Source of the DNA: an uncultured Acidobacteriota bacterium
Lineage (GTDB): Bacteria > Acidobacteriota > Vicinamibacteria > Vicinamibacterales > 2-12-FULL-66-21
Length of the DNA: 64,000 nucleotides
Assembly: GCA_963750915.1 (NCBI GenBank)
Contig: CAVVSF010000007.1
Span: 1,179,984-1,243,983 of the forward strand
Reading direction: 5' to 3'
A model generated the notes under the pieces. It was given only the letters and a program-made list of their open reading frames with translations, made no database searches and was not told the DNA's origin. Shown here piece after piece: positions 61,489-64,000 of the stretch. A program made the position numbers and the translations under genes. Within the stretch, counting starts at the first letter, position 1; each line of letters opens with the position of its first letter.

Positions 61489-62367
61489 GTGGCGCTGCTG
61501 GAGGTTCGCCATCTCGTCAAGGAGTTCGGCCGGAGCGGCGGCCTGCTGCGCAAAGGGTCGGTCGTGCGCGCCGTCGACGACGTGTCGTTCTCGATCGATG
61601 AAGGCGAGACCTTCGGCCTCGTCGGCGAGTCGGGCAGCGGCAAGACCACCACTGGCCGCTGCATCCTGCGGTTGATCGAGCCGACCTCAGGCGAGGTGAC
61701 GTTCCGCGGCGAGGACGTCCTGCGCTTCTCGCGGACGCGGCTGCGCGAGGCGCGCCGCGACATGCAGATCGTGTTTCAGGATCCCTACTCGTCGCTCAAC
61801 CCGCGGATGCGGGTTGGCGCAATCGTCGAAGAGCCGCTCATCATCCACAAGATCGGATCGAAGGCGGAGCGGCGGGCGCGCGTCCGGCAGCTGTTCGAGA
61901 TGGTCGGCCTCGACGCCGGCCAGATGCTGCGCTATCCGCATCAGTTCAGCGGCGGCCAGCGTCAGCGCATCGGCCTGGCGCGGGCGCTGGCGCTCAATCC
62001 GTCGCTCGTCATCGCCGACGAACCGGTCTCGGCGCTCGATGTGTCGGTGCAGGCGCAGGTCGTGAACCTGCTGATGGATCTCCAGCAGCAGCTGAAGCTG
62101 ACCTATCTCTTCATCGCCCACGACCTGCGGCTGGTGCGGCACATCTGCAGCCGCGTTGCGGTGATGTACCTGGGGCGGATCGTCGAGATGGGTCCGACCG
62201 AACGTCTGTTCGAGGCGCCGGCCCACCCCTACACGCGCGCGCTGCTGTCGGCGATCCCGGTTCCGGATCCGACAGCGACGAGGCAGCGCATCATCCTCGA
62301 TCCGTCGACGTTCAATCGCGAGGCGGCGCTGCGCGAAGTCAGCGCCGGGCACTGGGCGTCGATCTGA
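61489..62367 (+). CDS. Oligopeptide/dipeptide ABC ATPase (OppF/DppF-like)
   Basis: [41 protein letters not shown]. Confidence 0.93.
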   Translation: MALLEVRHLVKEFGRSGGLLRKGSVVRAVDDVSFSIDEGETFGLVGESGSGKTTTGRCILRLIEPTSGEVTFRGEDVLRFSRTRLREARRDMQIVFQDPYSSLNPRMRVGAIVEEPLIIHKIGSKAERRARVRQLFEMVGLDAGQMLRYPHQFSGGQRQRIGLARALALNPSLVIADEPVSALDVSVQAQVVNLLMDLQQQLKLTYLFIAHDLRLVRHICSRVAVMYLGRIVEMGPTERLFEAPAHPYTRALLSAIPVPDPTATRQRIILDPSTFNREAALREVSAGHWASI

Positions 62368-62370
62368 TCT

Positions 62371-62443
62371 CGCGAAGCTGATTTCGCGGAGCTGAAGCGC
62401 CGCGCTACGAAGAAGGGGCGTCGGGCGGAGCTTTAGCTCCGCC
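62371..62443. repeat. Inverted pair of GTAG-type REPs with a preceding small hairpin
   Basis: CGCGGAGCTGAAGCGCCGCGCTAC ... GTCGGGCGGAGCTTTAGCTCCGCC. Confidence 0.65.
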
Positions 62444-62459
62444 AGGACACGCTCCTGGA

Positions 62460-63146
62460 TTACGCGGCGCGGCGGACGTCTTTCTCGACCTGTCCGTCGC
62501 GGATGTGAATCGCGCGGTGGGCGAACGCGGCGATGTCCTGCTCGTGCGTGACGAGGACGATGGTGTTGCCGTTGGCGTGCAGCCTGTCGAAGACGCCCAT
62601 GATCTCGGTGCCGGTCTTCGAATCGAGGTTTCCGGTCGGCTCGTCAGCGAGCAGAATCGACGGATTGTTGACCAGGGCGCGCGCGATCGCGACGCGCTGC
62701 CGCTGACCGCCGGAGAGCTCGTTCGGCCGGTGCGACGCGCGTTCTGTCAGCTCGACCTTGGCGAGCGCTTCCCGCGCCCGCTCCTGCCGCACCTTGCCCG
62801 AGACCCCGGCGTAGACCAGCGGCAGTTCGACGTTGTGCAGCGCCGTCGCGCGCGGCAGCAGGTTGAAGGTCTGGAAGACGAAACCGATCTCCTCGTTGCG
62901 GATCCGCGCCAGCTCGTCGTCGTTCATCGAGGCGACCTCCTTGTCGTTCAGGAGGTAGCTCCCCTTGCTGGGCGTGTCGAGGCAGCCGATCAGGTTCATC
63001 AGCGTCGACTTGCCCGATCCCGACGGGCCCATGATCGCAACGTACTCGCCACGATGGATCTCGATCGAGAGGCCGCGCAGCGCGTGGATCTCCTCGTCGC
63101 CCATCACATAAGTCTTCCAGAGGTCTCGTGTCTCGATTAGAGCCAT
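62460..63146 (-). CDS. MacB/LolD-family ABC ATP-binding protein
   Basis: [36 protein letters not shown]. Confidence 0.95.
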   Translation of the reverse strand: MALIETRDLWKTYVMGDEEIHALRGLSIEIHRGEYVAIMGPSGSGKSTLMNLIGCLDTPSKGSYLLNDKEVASMNDDELARIRNEEIGFVFQTFNLLPRATALHNVELPLVYAGVSGKVRQERAREALAKVELTERASHRPNELSGGQRQRVAIARALVNNPSILLADEPTGNLDSKTGTEIMGVFDRLHANGNTIVLVTHEQDIAAFAHRAIHIRDGQVEKDVRRAA

Positions 63147-63207
63147 AGGTTGTCGCTTCCCGCGCTCCGTATTCTGTCGTCCGTCCCTAGAGACGTATCT
63201 TACGTCG

Positions 63208-64000
63208 TTACGGTTGGGGCTTGATGGGGGTTCCGGCCGGGCCCGGTTTTCGCGCTCTGATCGCCACCCGGACCTCGCGGCCCGACGGCTCGCGCAGGAC
63301 GACGCCGTTGCGGTCGATGGCGCTCACCAATCGGCCAGCCAGCAAATCGCCCGGCGCGACCACGATTCCGTCGAGTATTGCCAGCCGACGTTCGCCCGAG
63401 ATCATGATGCCGTCGACGTTCGGCAGACGCGCGGTTACGGCCCCGGTGGCTCGCTCCCGTCGCGGCGCTGCCGTCCCGACGATGGACGGCGCCGCCTCCT
63501 CTGCGGGCCGGGCCGCTGGCAACGCACCGACGCGGCCCATGGTCGCCTCAGGCTGCCAGGGCTCAACCACCGGCGGTTCCCGGAGTTGGTCGGCGAGTAT
63601 CGCCGCGGCCGGAGACGGGAAGGGCGTCGCGGGCGAGGAGCCGGACAGTTGCAACGACGACCATAGGACGGCGAGCAGAACGGCGCTCAGCGTCGCGATC
63701 GGCCGTGATGCTGACCGCTCCGGCGCGTTCCGTGCCGGGGCCTCGACGTGCTCCTGCCGTGTCTCGACGCGTGGAAGCGACGCCGCGGCCGCGAGCTGGA
63801 ACGCCGCGGCGCCGCCGAGGGCTTCCGGATACGTTGGGCCGAGGCGGTCGTCGGAGTCGAGCGTTTCGACGTCGAGATCGAGCTCCTCGATCAAAAGCAT
63901 CGAGAGCGATCGCAGCTCGCCGGTGGTGCCGCACATGTAAATCGACGTGGTATCGACGCCGTAGACCGGACGCGCCAGCTCGATGAAATGCTTCAGCATC
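63208..64000 (-). CDS. Partial hypothetical protein (PilM-like tail, TM helix, GspB/MshK-like C-terminus); 5' end off the window
   Basis: IYMCG...L..L...L.EEL.L.VE.LD, a TM helix, then V.GI..SG.RR.AI.DG..V..GD...V.AI....V.L. Confidence 0.5.
   Translation of the reverse strand, partial: MLKHFIELARPVYGVDTTSIYMCGTTGELRSLSMLLIEELDLDVETLDSDDRLGPTYPEALGGAAAFQLAAAASLPRVETRQEHVEAPARNAPERSASRPIATLSAVLLAVLWSSLQLSGSSPATPFPSPAAAILADQLREPPVVEPWQPEATMGRVGALPAARPAEEAAPSIVGTAAPRRERATGAVTARLPNVDGIMISGERRLAILDGIVVAPGDLLAGRLVSAIDRNGVVLREPSGREVRVAIRARKPGPAGTPIKPQP

Overview
High-GC, mostly housekeeping region from an Acidobacteriota genome. The 16S carries the GATCCTGGCTCAGAATC signature, and class Vicinamibacteria (subdivision 6) is my inference. 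It contains a complete minus-strand rRNA operon (16S-tRNA-Ile-tRNA-Ala-23S-5S) with tandem promoters, tyrS, a split purine cluster (purN/M/F/L/Q/S/B/E/D interleaved with a HEAT protein, an M16 peptidase, rlmN and mtaB), rpsU with a zinc-ribbon gene, and an RND pump. Further on are a STAS/UbiA/DUF362/coiled-coil/4xGT4 glycan operon, a PDZ-GAF-PAS sensor kinase with an NtrC-type regulator, two envelope proteins, glgC-eno-gpmI, a CPA2 antiporter, methylmalonyl-CoA mutase and ABC ATPases. About eight single-base indels, including in purL and purN, look like sequencing errors. The most interesting signals are: (1) several period-7/8 tandem arrays at gene junctions, most folded back as long hairpins and each built from a different unit; (2) a DPPR-synthase/DUF362/A-B-B'-A' GT4 operon with no dprE1/E2 in the window; (3) a TyrRS with a DUF2188-like C-terminal extension; (4) several REP/MITE-like families; (5) four boxA-like sites in the rrn operon. 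All family assignments come from motifs recognised by eye; no database searches were run.
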